Numbered from the stretch's first letter, positions 49,014-63,097 are shown. The stretch is 64,000 nucleotides of DNA from Nitrospirota bacterium (GCA_963790205.1 CAWBNQ010000002.1:1-64000); one strand, 5' to 3'. The notes: generated by a model not told the origin, from the sequence alone. Translations and numbers: made by a program.

Positions 49014-50723
49014 TTAGGATTTAGGATTTTGAGTCCGTTCCTTCTTCATCTCCTCGTCCCTGAGCACTCTTCTCAGCACCTTGCCCACGAGCGTCTTCGG
49101 CAGCTCCTTGCGGAACTCGACCTCCTTCGGCACCTTGAACTTGGAGAGCTGCTCCCGGCAGAACTGGATGATCTCCGCGGCGGTCGCGGTCTCGCCCTCC
49201 TTGAGCACTATGTACGCCTTGATCTCCTCGCCCAGAAATTCCTGGGGAATGCCGACGACGACGGCATCCTTCACCTTGGGGTGCATGAACAGCACTTCCT
49301 CGACTTCGCGCGGATAGACGTTCTCGCCCACGGTCTTGATCATGTCCTTGATCCTGTCTACGATATAGAAATAGCCGTCTTCGTCCATTTTTGCGATATC
49401 GCCGGTATGGAGCCATCCGCCGCGCAAAGCATGGGCCGTCTCCCGGGGCTTGTTCCAGTATTCCTTCATTACTTGGGGGCCTTTGACCACCAGTTCTCCG
49501 GCTTCGCCCACGGGAAGTACCTTTTCGCCAGTCTCGATGTCCACGATTCGCGCTTCGGTGTCCGGCCAGGGAAGTCCGATGCTGCCGACCTTGCGCTTGC
49601 CGAAGATGGGGTTGGCGTGGGTTACCGGCGATGCCTCGGACAGGCCGTAGCCCTCGACGATCCGCGCCGCGGTCAGGTGCTCGAACCGCTCCTGTACCTC
49701 GTGCATGAGCGGGCCCGCGCCGCTGATCGCGACCTTGAGCGATGTCAGGTCGTACTTATTGATCTTCGAATAGTTGCCGATTGCGAGGTACATTGCCTGG
49801 ATGCCGGGGAATATTTCCGCCCGGTATTTCTGGATGGAATGGAGGACCTCTTTCGTATGAAACTTCGGAAGGAGGACCAGCGACGCTCCGATAAGGACCC
49901 CGAGGTTCATGGCCGTGGTCATGCCGTATACATGGAAGAAGGGGATGACCGCAAGGATGACCGCTTCTCCTTCATTCCTCAGGGTGAGCCAGGTTTTGCA
50001 CTGCACCGCATTCACCACGAGGTTGCGGTGGGTCAGGACCGCTCCCTTGGGTATGCCCGTCGTACCGCCGGTGTACTGCAGGAGGGCGACGTCGTCGGCT
50101 GAAACGGACAGGTCAGCCGGAGCGGGCGACTCTTGCTTGATGAGATCAAGAAAATCGTATATCGGCGGCACGCGTTTGACGCTTACCCACTGCTTCTCGA
50201 TCTTCGCCTTGAGGGGGTAGAGAAGGTTTTTCGGGAACGGCAGAAAGTCCTTGATGCCGCAAAGGATCAGGTTCCTGACGTCCGTCCGGGGAAGAACGCG
50301 GGAGATGACGGGATAGAACATATCCACGGCCACGAGCGTCTCAGCTCCGCTGTCCTTGAGCTGTATCTCCAGTTCGTGCTCATGGTAGAGAGGGTTGGTC
50401 GGCACGGCAACGGCGCCGGACCGAAGCGTTCCGTAGTAGGCGATGACCATCTGCGGGATGTTCGGAAGCATGAGCGCCACACGATCGCCTTTTTCGACCC
50501 CGAGACCGGTGAGGGCGCGGGCGAACTGGTTCGCCAGGCGATCGAGTTCGCCATAGGTTATCTTCTTTCCGTAAAACAGGAGCGCGGAATGGTCGGAGAA
50601 CTTCGATGCGGTCTGGGACAGGACTCCTCCCAGCGTGCTATCAGGATAGTTCACGCCGGCGGGAACGCCGGCTTCGTAGAACTTGGTCCAGGGATGCTCG
50701 GTATATGACAGGACAGCGTCCAT
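49014..50723 (-). CDS. fadD: Long-chain fatty acid-CoA ligase
   Basis: YTGGTTGIPKG, EGYGLSE, TGD, GKVLRR. Confidence 0.95.
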   Translation of the reverse strand: MDAVLSYTEHPWTKFYEAGVPAGVNYPDSTLGGVLSQTASKFSDHSALLFYGKKITYGELDRLANQFARALTGLGVEKGDRVALMLPNIPQMVIAYYGTLRSGAVAVPTNPLYHEHELEIQLKDSGAETLVAVDMFYPVISRVLPRTDVRNLILCGIKDFLPFPKNLLYPLKAKIEKQWVSVKRVPPIYDFLDLIKQESPAPADLSVSADDVALLQYTGGTTGIPKGAVLTHRNLVVNAVQCKTWLTLRNEGEAVILAVIPFFHVYGMTTAMNLGVLIGASLVLLPKFHTKEVLHSIQKYRAEIFPGIQAMYLAIGNYSKINKYDLTSLKVAISGAGPLMHEVQERFEHLTAARIVEGYGLSEASPVTHANPIFGKRKVGSIGLPWPDTEARIVDIETGEKVLPVGEAGELVVKGPQVMKEYWNKPRETAHALRGGWLHTGDIAKMDEDGYFYIVDRIKDMIKTVGENVYPREVEEVLFMHPKVKDAVVVGIPQEFLGEEIKAYIVLKEGETATAAEIIQFCREQLSKFKVPKEVEFRKELPKTLVGKVLRRVLRDEEMKKERTQNPKS

Positions 50724-50974
50724 AAAATGCCTTCCGAAGAGGACAGCATAGAATAATAATTAATTCCCGGCTTCTCGTCAACAGCCGGAGAAGTATTTAA
50801 GACATAAATTGTCCTCGATACTTCTTAATTCAATTATACCACATCCCTAGTACTCCGGTATGACGGGTTATTCTTCCGGAACGCTTCGCGTACACTCACG
50901 GTTCCTGTCACGAACCGATCAATTACGAGACGCAGTTATCATTTGGCGAGTCGCCTTGTTATTATGAATGAAAT

Positions 50975-52225
50975 TTATCGTTTCACGCGGGAGCGGAAAC
51001 GGCTTTTGTCCTGACTGGGGTGGCGGAGGGCAAGGCGCTCTTTGTCGCTTCGTTGTTTTTCTTCGTGAGTTCTCCGGATTTCCCGGACATACATGCTTTC
51101 TTCGGCCCATGCGACAGGGATCTTCTGGCCGATATATTTTTCTATCTCTTCGAGCGAATAAACGTATTCCTCATCGGCCAGCGAAATGGCCTTGCCGGCT
51201 GCGCCGGCGCGGCCCGTGCGGCCGATGCGGTGCACATAGTCTTCGGCGTCCTGCGGCAGGTCCAGGTTGATGACGTGGGTCACGCCCTCGACATGAATGC
51301 CGCGGCTGGCGACGTCGGTGGCCACCAGGATCGGGAGTTTGCCATCCTTGAAATCCGCGAGGATCCGGAGCCGCTTTTTCTGAATGATGTCGCCGGTGAT
51401 GGCCTCCACTTTCCATCCGTTTCGATTCAGGCGTTCGACCACCATGTCGGCGGCGCGGCGCGTGTTCACGAAGATGAGGGCGCGCTCCGGGGCTTCCCGC
51501 TTGAGGAGGCCGAGCAGAAGCGGGATCTTCTCGTGCTTCCCCACATGGTAGAGGACCTGCTCGACCTGCTCGACGGTGACCTTCTCGGGCGTGATCGAAA
51601 TCTTTTCCGGCAGGTTCATGTGCTCGTAGGCAAGTTCCATCACGCGATAGGAGAGCGTGGCGGAAAAGAGCATGGACTGGCGTTTGGAATAAGGCGGCAT
51701 CTTCTTGATGAGGTAGCGAAGGTCGTCGATGAACCCCATGTCGAACATGCGGTCCGCCTCGTCGATGATCAGATACCGGGTTTTCTTGAGGCTGTACACG
51801 TGCTGCTTGTAGTAGTCGATGAGCCTGCCGGGCGTCCCGATAAGAACATCGACGCCTTTTTGCAGCGTGTCCATTTGTTTCTGATAGTCGACGCCGCCGT
51901 ATACGGCGAGAAACCGGAAGCCCGTGAACTTGCCGAGCCGTTCAGCCTCGTGGTAAATCTGGTCCGCGAGTTCGCGCGTAGGCGCTATGATCAATGCCTG
52001 CGGCGAGTTCTCGCAATCCTGGGCCGGGACCCGTATCATTCTCGTAAAGAGCGAAATGAGGAAGGCAGCCGTCTTGCCGGTGCCGGTCTGCGCCTGCGCT
52101 GCAACATCTTCGCCGCGAACAGCACGCGGGATAACCGCTTCCTGAACCGGCGTGCAGGCCGTGAAGCCAACATGCTCGATGCCCTGCTGTACTTCGTAGG
52201 GAAGGTCTAGTTCACTAAAGTTCAT
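50975..52225 (-). CDS. rhlB: DEAD-box RNA helicase, RhlB-like
   Basis: AQTGTGKT, PTRELA, DEAD, SAT, HRIGRTGR. Confidence 0.9.
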   Translation of the reverse strand: MNFSELDLPYEVQQGIEHVGFTACTPVQEAVIPRAVRGEDVAAQAQTGTGKTAAFLISLFTRMIRVPAQDCENSPQALIIAPTRELADQIYHEAERLGKFTGFRFLAVYGGVDYQKQMDTLQKGVDVLIGTPGRLIDYYKQHVYSLKKTRYLIIDEADRMFDMGFIDDLRYLIKKMPPYSKRQSMLFSATLSYRVMELAYEHMNLPEKISITPEKVTVEQVEQVLYHVGKHEKIPLLLGLLKREAPERALIFVNTRRAADMVVERLNRNGWKVEAITGDIIQKKRLRILADFKDGKLPILVATDVASRGIHVEGVTHVINLDLPQDAEDYVHRIGRTGRAGAAGKAISLADEEYVYSLEEIEKYIGQKIPVAWAEESMYVREIRRTHEEKQRSDKERLALRHPSQDKSRFRSRVKR

Positions 52226-52700
52226 ACATCTCCGATCGTTGTTGAAGACATTACGTCAACAAATTATTTTATGTAGTATACCATAACTGCACTCATGAGA
52301 GAAGGGGAAAATTCAGGCAGTTCGACGATTGCCGCGCCGCCGAGGCAAGAGGATTGACTTTTTAGACTCACGCAAAAGAGAAAAAAATCAGACATCGAGA
52401 GCGCTTCACGGTGTTATGGGATTCCGTTCATGGATTCGTTCGAAGAAGGCGAGAGGCCGCTTCGAAATATTTCCTCTGTTTGTGCGGAATTTCGAGTCAA
52501 AAAGCAATTTATGATGTCACCCTATATTTTTAACGCGGTTCTCGCCGGATTTTAAGGCGCTTCTTAGCGGAGAATGTTATAACAATAAAATTGGTAAAAA
52601 TGTAATTTAACCATTATTTTTTGTACTTTTTTTGTTTGTGCAAAAAACGGTGTTGATAAATTGTCTAACATACGGAAAACTAATTTCTTAATCTTTTTTG

Positions 52701-52730
52701 TTGACAAAACGTACACTCTTGTTGTATATT
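52701..52730 (+). promoter_or_regulatory. Sigma70 promoter
   Basis: TTGACA(52701)-18-TATATT(52725), very AT-rich upstream. Confidence 0.65.
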
Positions 52731-52751
52731 TGTCTACGAGGTGAACAAAAC

Positions 52752-53318
52752 GTGCTGACAAAACTCTTCTCTTCCACGAGAGCGGAGCTTTTAGGCCTGT
52801 TCTTTAACAATCCGGATGACAAGTTCTACTTGAGAGAGATCGCACGCCACATCGGAAAAGATGCAGCGGGGATCAAGCGGGAGCTTGACAATCTGGTTAG
52901 GATAGGGCTCCTGGCAAAAGAGAAACGGGGTGTACAAAAATACTACTTCGCGAACAAAAACTCCCCCATCTTCTCGGAAATGAAAGGTCTCATATTCAAG
53001 ACCACGGGAGCGCAGGGGGCGATGAAGGCATCGCTCTCCCGGCTGAAAGGGGTCCAGGCGGCCTTCATATACGGGTCCTATGCCAAGGGCACCGAAAAAG
53101 AGGACAGCAACATCAACCTCATGGTCATCGGCCAGGCGAACATCACGGAACTGAACGACATGGTGATGAACCTGGAGGAGAAGCTGCAGCGGGAGATCGA
53201 TTATCTGGTCTTCGACGAGCAGGAATACCGGAAGCGCAAAGAATCGAAGGACCCGTTCATCCGGGAGTTGCTGAAAGGCAAGAAGATATTTCTGGTAGGC
53301 AAGGAAGATGAATTATAG
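52752..53318 (+). CDS. Winged HTH + MNT-fold protein with degenerate active site
   Basis: GAGGTG RBS with GTG start; YLREIAR...RELDNL HTH; IYGSYAKG...SNINL instead of SDID. Confidence 0.85.
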   Translation: MLTKLFSSTRAELLGLFFNNPDDKFYLREIARHIGKDAAGIKRELDNLVRIGLLAKEKRGVQKYYFANKNSPIFSEMKGLIFKTTGAQGAMKASLSRLKGVQAAFIYGSYAKGTEKEDSNINLMVIGQANITELNDMVMNLEEKLQREIDYLVFDEQEYRKRKESKDPFIRELLKGKKIFLVGKEDEL

Positions 53319-53793
53319 TGCGCTCAAAGAAATGGGGATCGTCGAGGAGCGGACCGCGGAAATTGCCGAGGTCATCGCGCTGGTGACCAGGGCGGAACGG
53401 GACCTCTCGACGAGCAAACTTCTGCAGGATAAAGATGAAGAGTGGGCGTTTGCCGCGGCCTACCAGGCGATGGCCCGTTCGGCAAGGGCGCTTATCCTCT
53501 CCGAAGGGTTCCGGCCCAAGGGGGTCCGCGGCAGGGACACCCATAAGACGGTGGTCACGGCATCGGGCATCATCCTCGGTGAACAGTATAAGAGCATGAT
53601 CAATAAGTTCGACCGTATGCGGAGAAAATATCAGAACTTCATGGAAGAGGCCGGCAGGATCATCTCCCGCTACGAGGCGGACCAGGCCAACAAGGACGCA
53701 GAAGAGTTTCTGAAGATCGTGAACGGCAGGATCCGGGAGAAGTACTCGCAGATGTCACTGCTGAATGATGTTCCTCAGCTTGTTTCAAGATAA
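53308..53793 (+). CDS. HEPN-fold protein, degenerate
   Basis: RAERDL, AYQAM..ARAL, H..V, FDRMRRKY; overlaps the MNT-fold gene. Confidence 0.75.
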   Translation: MNYSALKEMGIVEERTAEIAEVIALVTRAERDLSTSKLLQDKDEEWAFAAAYQAMARSARALILSEGFRPKGVRGRDTHKTVVTASGIILGEQYKSMINKFDRMRRKYQNFMEEAGRIISRYEADQANKDAEEFLKIVNGRIREKYSQMSLLNDVPQLVSR

Positions 53794-53840
53794 GGCCGCT
53801 TAGGTCCGAACGCGGTATGCCGAAAGGGGGTGGACAACTA

Positions 53841-53897
53841 ATGGCAGCCAAGAAGAAGGCCAAGAAGAAGGCGAAGAAGAAAGCCAAAAAGAAGTAG
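53841..53897 (+). CDS. 18-aa Lys/Ala micro-protein MAAKKKAKKKAKKKAKKK
   Basis: ATG to TAG in frame, GAAAGGGGGTG upstream, synonymous codon variation among the repeats. Confidence 0.7.
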   Translation: MAAKKKAKKKAKKKAKKK

Positions 53898-53925
53898 TTT
53901 TGTAAGGTGTCCCCGGAGTGGGGCC

Positions 53926-53956
53926 CGCCGGGGGCTTGAATGCCCCCGGCGTATTT
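53926..53956 (+). terminator. GC-rich hairpin after the first micro-ORF
   Basis: CGCCGGGGGC-TTGAAT-GCCCCCGGCG followed by TATTT (weak U tract). Confidence 0.5.
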
Positions 53957-54073
53957 CATCGGATTAATCGGGTACGTTCCCTCTCCGGGACGAAATTCAT
54001 GCAATCCGGCATTTCGGCTTTATACGCGCATCATGACGAATCAATCCTATGATGAAAGGGGGTGAAGATTATA

Positions 54074-54130
54074 ATGGCGACCAAGAAAGCCCCGGCAAAA
54101 AAAGCGAAAAAGACCACGAAAAAGAAATAA
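54074..54130 (+). CDS. 18-aa Lys-rich micro-protein MATKKAPAKKAKKTTKKK
   Basis: ATG to TAA in frame, same GAAAGGGGGTG upstream motif. Confidence 0.7.
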   Translation: MATKKAPAKKAKKTTKKK

Positions 54131-54280
54131 CTCATTCAGCCATGGGATATTTCTCTATCCATAGCCATGAATCTCTACCACGAAGAAGATCTTCGTGGTT
54201 TTGTTTTTAGCCACCCGTTAGGCGGCAGGCAAGGCATATCCTCAGGCAGGACGGGTCCCCGGGCCGGAGTAGTGTGCATC

Positions 54281-54607
54281 ATGCGTAAACGAAACTATAT
54301 GAAGGTTGACCGGAGTTCCAATGCAGCGCGCTGGAAGAAAGTGTTTCTCGGAATCGGCTTTCTTCTCGGGATGTACTTTCTCGCGTCGTTCACGCTGGGA
54401 GAAATGGGACTGGTAAAGTATTTTCGCATGAAGGCGCAATATCATGCCCTCATCGAAGAGATCGCGCAACTGAAGCAGGACAATGCAAAGCTTACGCAGG
54501 ACGTTCATTCCCTCAGATCCGACCCTGCCTGCATCGAACGGATTGCACGGGACAAACTGGGGCTTGCGCGTCCGGGCGAGATAGTGTACTATTATGGAAA
54601 ACCCTGA
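54281..54607 (+). CDS. ftsB: Septum formation initiator (FtsB/DivIC family)
   Basis: Single TM, coiled coil, IERIARDKLGLARPGEIVY; start uncertain. Confidence 0.85.
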   Translation: MRKRNYMKVDRSSNAARWKKVFLGIGFLLGMYFLASFTLGEMGLVKYFRMKAQYHALIEEIAQLKQDNAKLTQDVHSLRSDPACIERIARDKLGLARPGEIVYYYGKP

Positions 54608-54745
54608 CGAATCAAGCCTGAAATTCTGAATCCTCAAGTCTCAACAGGAGCAAAACAAGAAATTCAAATGTTCAAAACAGTTTTCTGTTTCGATCAGAGA
54701 ATTTTTTGAGTGTTGAGCCTGGGATTTGATTTTATCCTTCTATAC

Positions 54746-56975
54746 ATGGCCGACCAACCCCTGTACATAGCCTTTGTCTGGCACATGCACCAGCCCTATT
54801 ATAAGGACGATATCACGGGCTCTTACATCCTTCCCTGGGTACGGATGCACGGGATCAAGGACTACTACGACATGCCCGCGCTCCTGACCGATTTCCCCGA
54901 CATCCACCAGACATTCAATCTCGTGCCTTCCCTCCTGAAGCAGATACAGGATTACGTGGAGAACGGCGCCACGGACAAGTTTCTAGCCCTCACGCTGAAG
55001 CCCGCCGCCGAGCTCGACCAGGAAGACAAACTGTTCCTGCTCAAGAACTCCTTTATGGCGAACTGGGACACCATGATCAAGCCCTACCCTGCCTATTGGC
55101 AATTGCTCGACCGCAGGGGCTACAGTGTTTCTCCCAACGACCTGCAGAACGCGACGCGTTACTATACTACGCAGGACTATCTCGATCTTCAGGTCTGGTT
55201 CAACCTGACCTGGTTCGATCCGCTCTTTAAGAATAACGATCCCTTTCTCAAAGGGCTCATCCGGAAAGGATCGGGATTTACCGAGAACGAGAAGACGCTC
55301 CTCGATTCAGAAGCAGCGCGAGGTGATGGCGCTTATCATCCCTGAGTACCGGAAGCTTTCCGAGATGGGCAGGATCGAACTCACGACCACGCCCTTTTAC
55401 CATCCGATCCTGCCGCTTCTCTACGACACGGACCTCGCCAAGGTGGCCTCGCCGGATATCCATCTGCCGTCCAACCGTTTTGCTCATCCCGAAGATGCCA
55501 GGGCCCAGATCGGGAGGGCCGTCGAATATCACGAAAAGCTGTTCGGTTCGCGCCCCGCCGGCATGTGGCCGGCCGAGGGTTCGGTGGCCGAGGAGATCAT
55601 CCCGCTTATCGCCGACGCCGGCATCAAGTGGATCGGTACGGACGAGGGCGTGCTTGCCCGGTCGCTCGGCATTCACATCGAGCGCGACTTCGCCGGGGTG
55701 ATGAAGAACCCCGAGGTGCTCTATAAACCCTACCTGGCCGGCAAGAACGACAAACGAGTGTCCGTCGTGTTCCGTGACCATACGCTCTCGGACCTCGTCG
55801 GTTTCGTGTACTCCAAATGGGATTATAAGAACGCCGTGCATGACCTCATCGACCGGCTTCACCGGGTGCGCCGGAGCGTCGTTGACGGGTCCCATCTGGT
55901 CTCGATCATCCTGGACGGAGAGAACGCCTGGGAGTATTACCAGAACGACGGCAGGGATTTTTTCCTTTATCTCTATGAAAAACTGAGCCGGGAGCAGGGG
56001 CTCAAATGCGTGTCCGTCGGCGAGTATCTGAAAGAGCATCCGGCACAGACGCCGATCGAACGGCTTCACGCGGGTTCGTGGATCAACGCGAATTACCGGA
56101 TTTGGATCGGGCATGAGGAGGACAACCGGGCCTGGGACCTCCTCGCGCAGACGCGCGACGCGCTCGTCGAATACGCGTCGAGGAACGGCGATCCGGAAAA
56201 GACCTCGGCGAGCTCAGTCGAGGCGCTCGCCAAGGCCTGGGAAGAGATCTACATCGCCGAAGGGAGCGACTGGTGCTGGTGGTACGGCGACGACCACTTT
56301 TCCGAGAACGACGAGGAATTCGACCTCCTGTTCCGGACGCACCTCATGAATGTTTACCGCATCATCGGCCTCGACGTGCCGGACGAACTCCAGATTTCCA
56401 TTCTTCGCGAAGACCGCCAGGCGTTGCCGACGGTCGAGCTCACGGCCTTCATCACGCCGGTGATCGACGGCCAGGTGACGAATTATTTCGAGTGGCTTCC
56501 CGCCGGGTTCTACGACGTGAGCCAGGGTGGCGGCGCCATGCATCGCAGCGCCACCATCATCACGCACATCTACTATGGGTTCGACCTGAAGAACCTGTTC
56601 ATCCGCCTCGACCCGAGCGGAAGTCTCAAGGACGAGAAGGTCGCGGACCTCGCTTTTTTCATTAATTTCTTGAATCCCAAGGGTCTGGATGTGGAGATTC
56701 GCGTCCTGCCCCAGGAACGGCGCGTGAGCGCGGCCCTCTTCCGGGGAGAGAACGGCGCGAGGACGCAGGCGGGGGAGATCAATACCGTGGCTGCGAATGA
56801 GATCATCGAGCTTGCGGTCCCCTTCGACCTGCTCGGCGTTAAACCGAACGACGAGGTGCAGATATTCGTGACGGTGGAGCGCTCGGGCTCGGAGGTCGAA
56901 AAATGGCCCTACCGCGGCTATATCCAGTTCAAGGTCCCCACCGACGACTTCGAGGCAATGATGTGGCAGGTGTAA
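54746..56975 (+). CDS. Glycoside hydrolase family 57 (amylopullulanase-like); single-base frameshift near 55303
   Basis: WHMHQP, HPILPL, WPAEG, ILDGENAWE, AEGSDWCWW; two ORFs join by removing one base. Confidence 0.9.
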
Positions 56976-57083
56976 TGCAGACCCTGTCGGGCTGGCCATT
57001 TTAATCCGTTCCGAAGCTCTTTTTCTCCTCGCTTCATAATTATATTTTATGCCTCTATTATCAGAATAAAATCCGATATTTTC

Positions 57084-57111
57084 TTGACAACATAAGGGTT
57101 TTTTGTATAAT
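57084..57111 (+). promoter_or_regulatory. Consensus sigma70 promoter of glyQS
   Basis: TTGACA(57084)-16-TATAAT(57106). Confidence 0.8.
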
Positions 57112-57160
57112 AGCACTCTATTTTTCTATCTTTCCGGGCTTTTCCATGCAGGGGTAATCA

Positions 57161-58054
<894 letters not shown>

Positions 58055-58077
58055 ACAGGGGAAAAACGAAATCGTAC

Positions 58078-58150
58078 CAACGGATGATCACAGAATAAAG
58101 TAAAACAAGCTCGCGATTTAATCCGTGTTTATCCGTGTTCATCTGTGGTT
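58078..58150. repeat. Palindromic element with 10-bp periodic arm
   Basis: ATCCGTGTTT ATCCGTGTTC ATCTGTGGTT (58121-58150) facing CAACGGATGATCACAGA (58078-58094). Confidence 0.7.
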
Positions 58151-58172
58151 AATCTAGTTTTAGGAGTTTTGT

Positions 58173-60263
58173 TTGGCTAAAGAATTCTTATTAGAGATCG
58201 GCACTGAAGAGATCCCGTCGAGCTTTATCAATCCGGCGCTTGAGAAGATGAAGGAGCTCTTTGCCGCGCTCGCGGCTTCGGGCCGTGTCGCAATCGAGGA
58301 CGGGCAGGTCCAGGCCTTCGGCACGCCGCGGCGGCTTGTTCTCTTTGCTCCCCAGCTCGCCGAGCAACAGCAGGACATTTCAAAAGAGGTCGTCGGTCCG
58401 CCGAAGAAGGTCTCTTTCGACTCCGAAGGCAAGCCGACCAAAGCGGCCTTGGTCTTTGCGGAGAAGAATGGCGTGTCCGTTGACGCGCTCACCATGAGGT
58501 CCACGGACAAGGGCGAATACGTGGTCGCCCGGATCGATGAAAAAGGCGGCGATACCGTTGACTGGCTCAGACAGGCGCTGCCGGGGTTCATCCTTTCCAT
58601 CCCGTTCCAGAAGACCATGCGCTGGATGGACAAGGACATCCGATTTGCCCGCCCCATTCACTGGCTCCTGGCGCTCTGGGGCGGCTCGGTGGTGGATTTT
58701 GAGTTGAACGGCATCAGGAGCGGAAACCTCTCGCGCGGACACCGGTTTATGAGCCCCGGGGCGTTCATGGTAAAGGACTTCAAGTCCTATATTCAGCAGG
58801 CGGAGCCGAACAGCGTCATCATCGATCCCCAGGCGCGAAAGCAGCGGATCGAGAAGCAGATTAGGGAACTGGCGCAGGCGAAAGGCGGCGTTGTGCTCGA
58901 CGACCCGGGCCTGGTGGAGGAAGTGGCGAATCTCGTTGAATATCCGGTCGCGGTGATGGGGTCCTTTGACAAGGATTATCTCCGCGTGCCGAAAGAGGTC
59001 CTGATCACTGCCATGCGCGAGCACCAGCGGTACTTCAGCGTGGTGGGAGCCGACGGCGGGCTTTTGCCCTGTTTCATCACCATCAGCAACACCCGCGCCG
59101 AGGACATGAACGTGGTCCGCGGCGGCAATGAGCGCGTGCTCGCGGCGCGACTTGCGGATGCGGCCTATTTCTTCGATCATGACGTGAAGGTCCCCCTGGC
59201 GGAGCGGGTAGCGGGGCTTAAGAAAGTCACGTACCAGGAAAAGCTCGGCACGGTCTATGATAAGCTTGAGAGGGTGAAGACGCTTGCGGTCGCCCTCGCC
59301 GGCATTCTCAAGGCCGATACGAAGACCGTCGAGCGGGCGGCGTATCTTTGCAAGGCGGACCTGATCACGGGTGTCGTGGGCGAGTTTCCCAAGCTCCAGG
59401 GAGTGATGGGCAGGCACTATGCGCTTATTTCCGGCGAGGACCCGAAGGTCGCGGACGCTATTGTCGAACATTACCTGCCGCGCTTTGCCGGTGACAAACT
59501 GCCCGTTTCGCTCGAGGGTATGTGCGTGGGGATCGCCGACCGGATCGACACGATCACCGGATGTTTCTACGCGGGACTCATCCCGAGCGGGTCCGAGGAC
59601 CCCTACGGCCTGCGCCGGCAGTCCATGGCCATCCTGAACATGCTGATCGAGCGCGGCCAGCGGCTGTCACTTGCGGAGCTTATCGCCGAGACCTGTAAAG
59701 GATACGGCATCAAGAAGAATGACAAGATGAAGGTCGGGAGCGACACGCTCGATTTCTTCCGCCAGCGGCTTGCAGGGATACTCGCATCCGACGGCTTCCG
59801 CTCCGACATTGTTGATGCCGCGCTGTCCGTCGATTTTGACGATCCGCTCATCGCACGAGAGAAGGTACGGGCGCTCGAGGCCCTGAGGACGTCGGAAGAT
59901 TATCAGCCGCTCGTTACGGCGCTCAAACGGGCCGGAAACATTCTGCCGAAGCAGTTCGAGGGAACGGTCAAAAAGGGCCTTCTCAAGGAGGATGCGGAAA
60001 AGGCGCTCTATACGGCGTATAGCGAGATCAAGGACCGGGCGGTAGAAAAGACCGCGAAGCTCGACTTCCGCGGCGCGCTCGCCGACATCGCATCGCTCAG
60101 GAAACCGGTTGACGCCTTCTTCGATACGGTCATGGTTATGGATAAGGATGAGGAGGTAAAGAGCAATCGCCTGTCGCTCCTGGCGGGAATCACCGGGCTC
60201 TTCTCCCGGATCGCGGATTTCTCGCGGCTGGTGCTGGGTATGGAGAGCGAACTGAAGAACTGA
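58173..60263 (+). CDS. glyS: Glycine-tRNA ligase beta subunit
   Basis: LLEIGTEEIP, TPRRL, GNERVLAARL.DA, EFPKLQG, DPYGLRR. Confidence 0.97.
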   Translation: MAKEFLLEIGTEEIPSSFINPALEKMKELFAALAASGRVAIEDGQVQAFGTPRRLVLFAPQLAEQQQDISKEVVGPPKKVSFDSEGKPTKAALVFAEKNGVSVDALTMRSTDKGEYVVARIDEKGGDTVDWLRQALPGFILSIPFQKTMRWMDKDIRFARPIHWLLALWGGSVVDFELNGIRSGNLSRGHRFMSPGAFMVKDFKSYIQQAEPNSVIIDPQARKQRIEKQIRELAQAKGGVVLDDPGLVEEVANLVEYPVAVMGSFDKDYLRVPKEVLITAMREHQRYFSVVGADGGLLPCFITISNTRAEDMNVVRGGNERVLAARLADAAYFFDHDVKVPLAERVAGLKKVTYQEKLGTVYDKLERVKTLAVALAGILKADTKTVERAAYLCKADLITGVVGEFPKLQGVMGRHYALISGEDPKVADAIVEHYLPRFAGDKLPVSLEGMCVGIADRIDTITGCFYAGLIPSGSEDPYGLRRQSMAILNMLIERGQRLSLAELIAETCKGYGIKKNDKMKVGSDTLDFFRQRLAGILASDGFRSDIVDAALSVDFDDPLIAREKVRALEALRTSEDYQPLVTALKRAGNILPKQFEGTVKKGLLKEDAEKALYTAYSEIKDRAVEKTAKLDFRGALADIASLRKPVDAFFDTVMVMDKDEEVKSNRLSLLAGITGLFSRIADFSRLVLGMESELKN

Positions 60264-60302
60264 AACGGTGAAACGGAGAAACGGCGAATCGGAGAAGAGG
60301 AG
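60263..60302 (+). repeat. Degenerate 8-bp tandem repeat
   Basis: AAACGGTG AAACGGAG AAACGGCG AATCGGAG AAGAGGAG. Confidence 0.75.
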
Positions 60303-60368
60303 GTTGTTCCCGATCCGGGCATTTCCGGTTCATAAATTTCCTTTTCAAAAAAATGGGAGGATAGTCAC

Positions 60369-63053
<2,685 letters not shown>

Positions 63054-63073
63054 CCTTTGATCCAACTTTGACG

Positions 63074-63097
63074 AGGGCGGCGAAAGCCGCCCTTTTT
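63074..63097 (+). terminator. Rho-independent terminator
   Basis: AGGGCGGC-GAAA-GCCGCCCT-TTTT. Confidence 0.9.
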
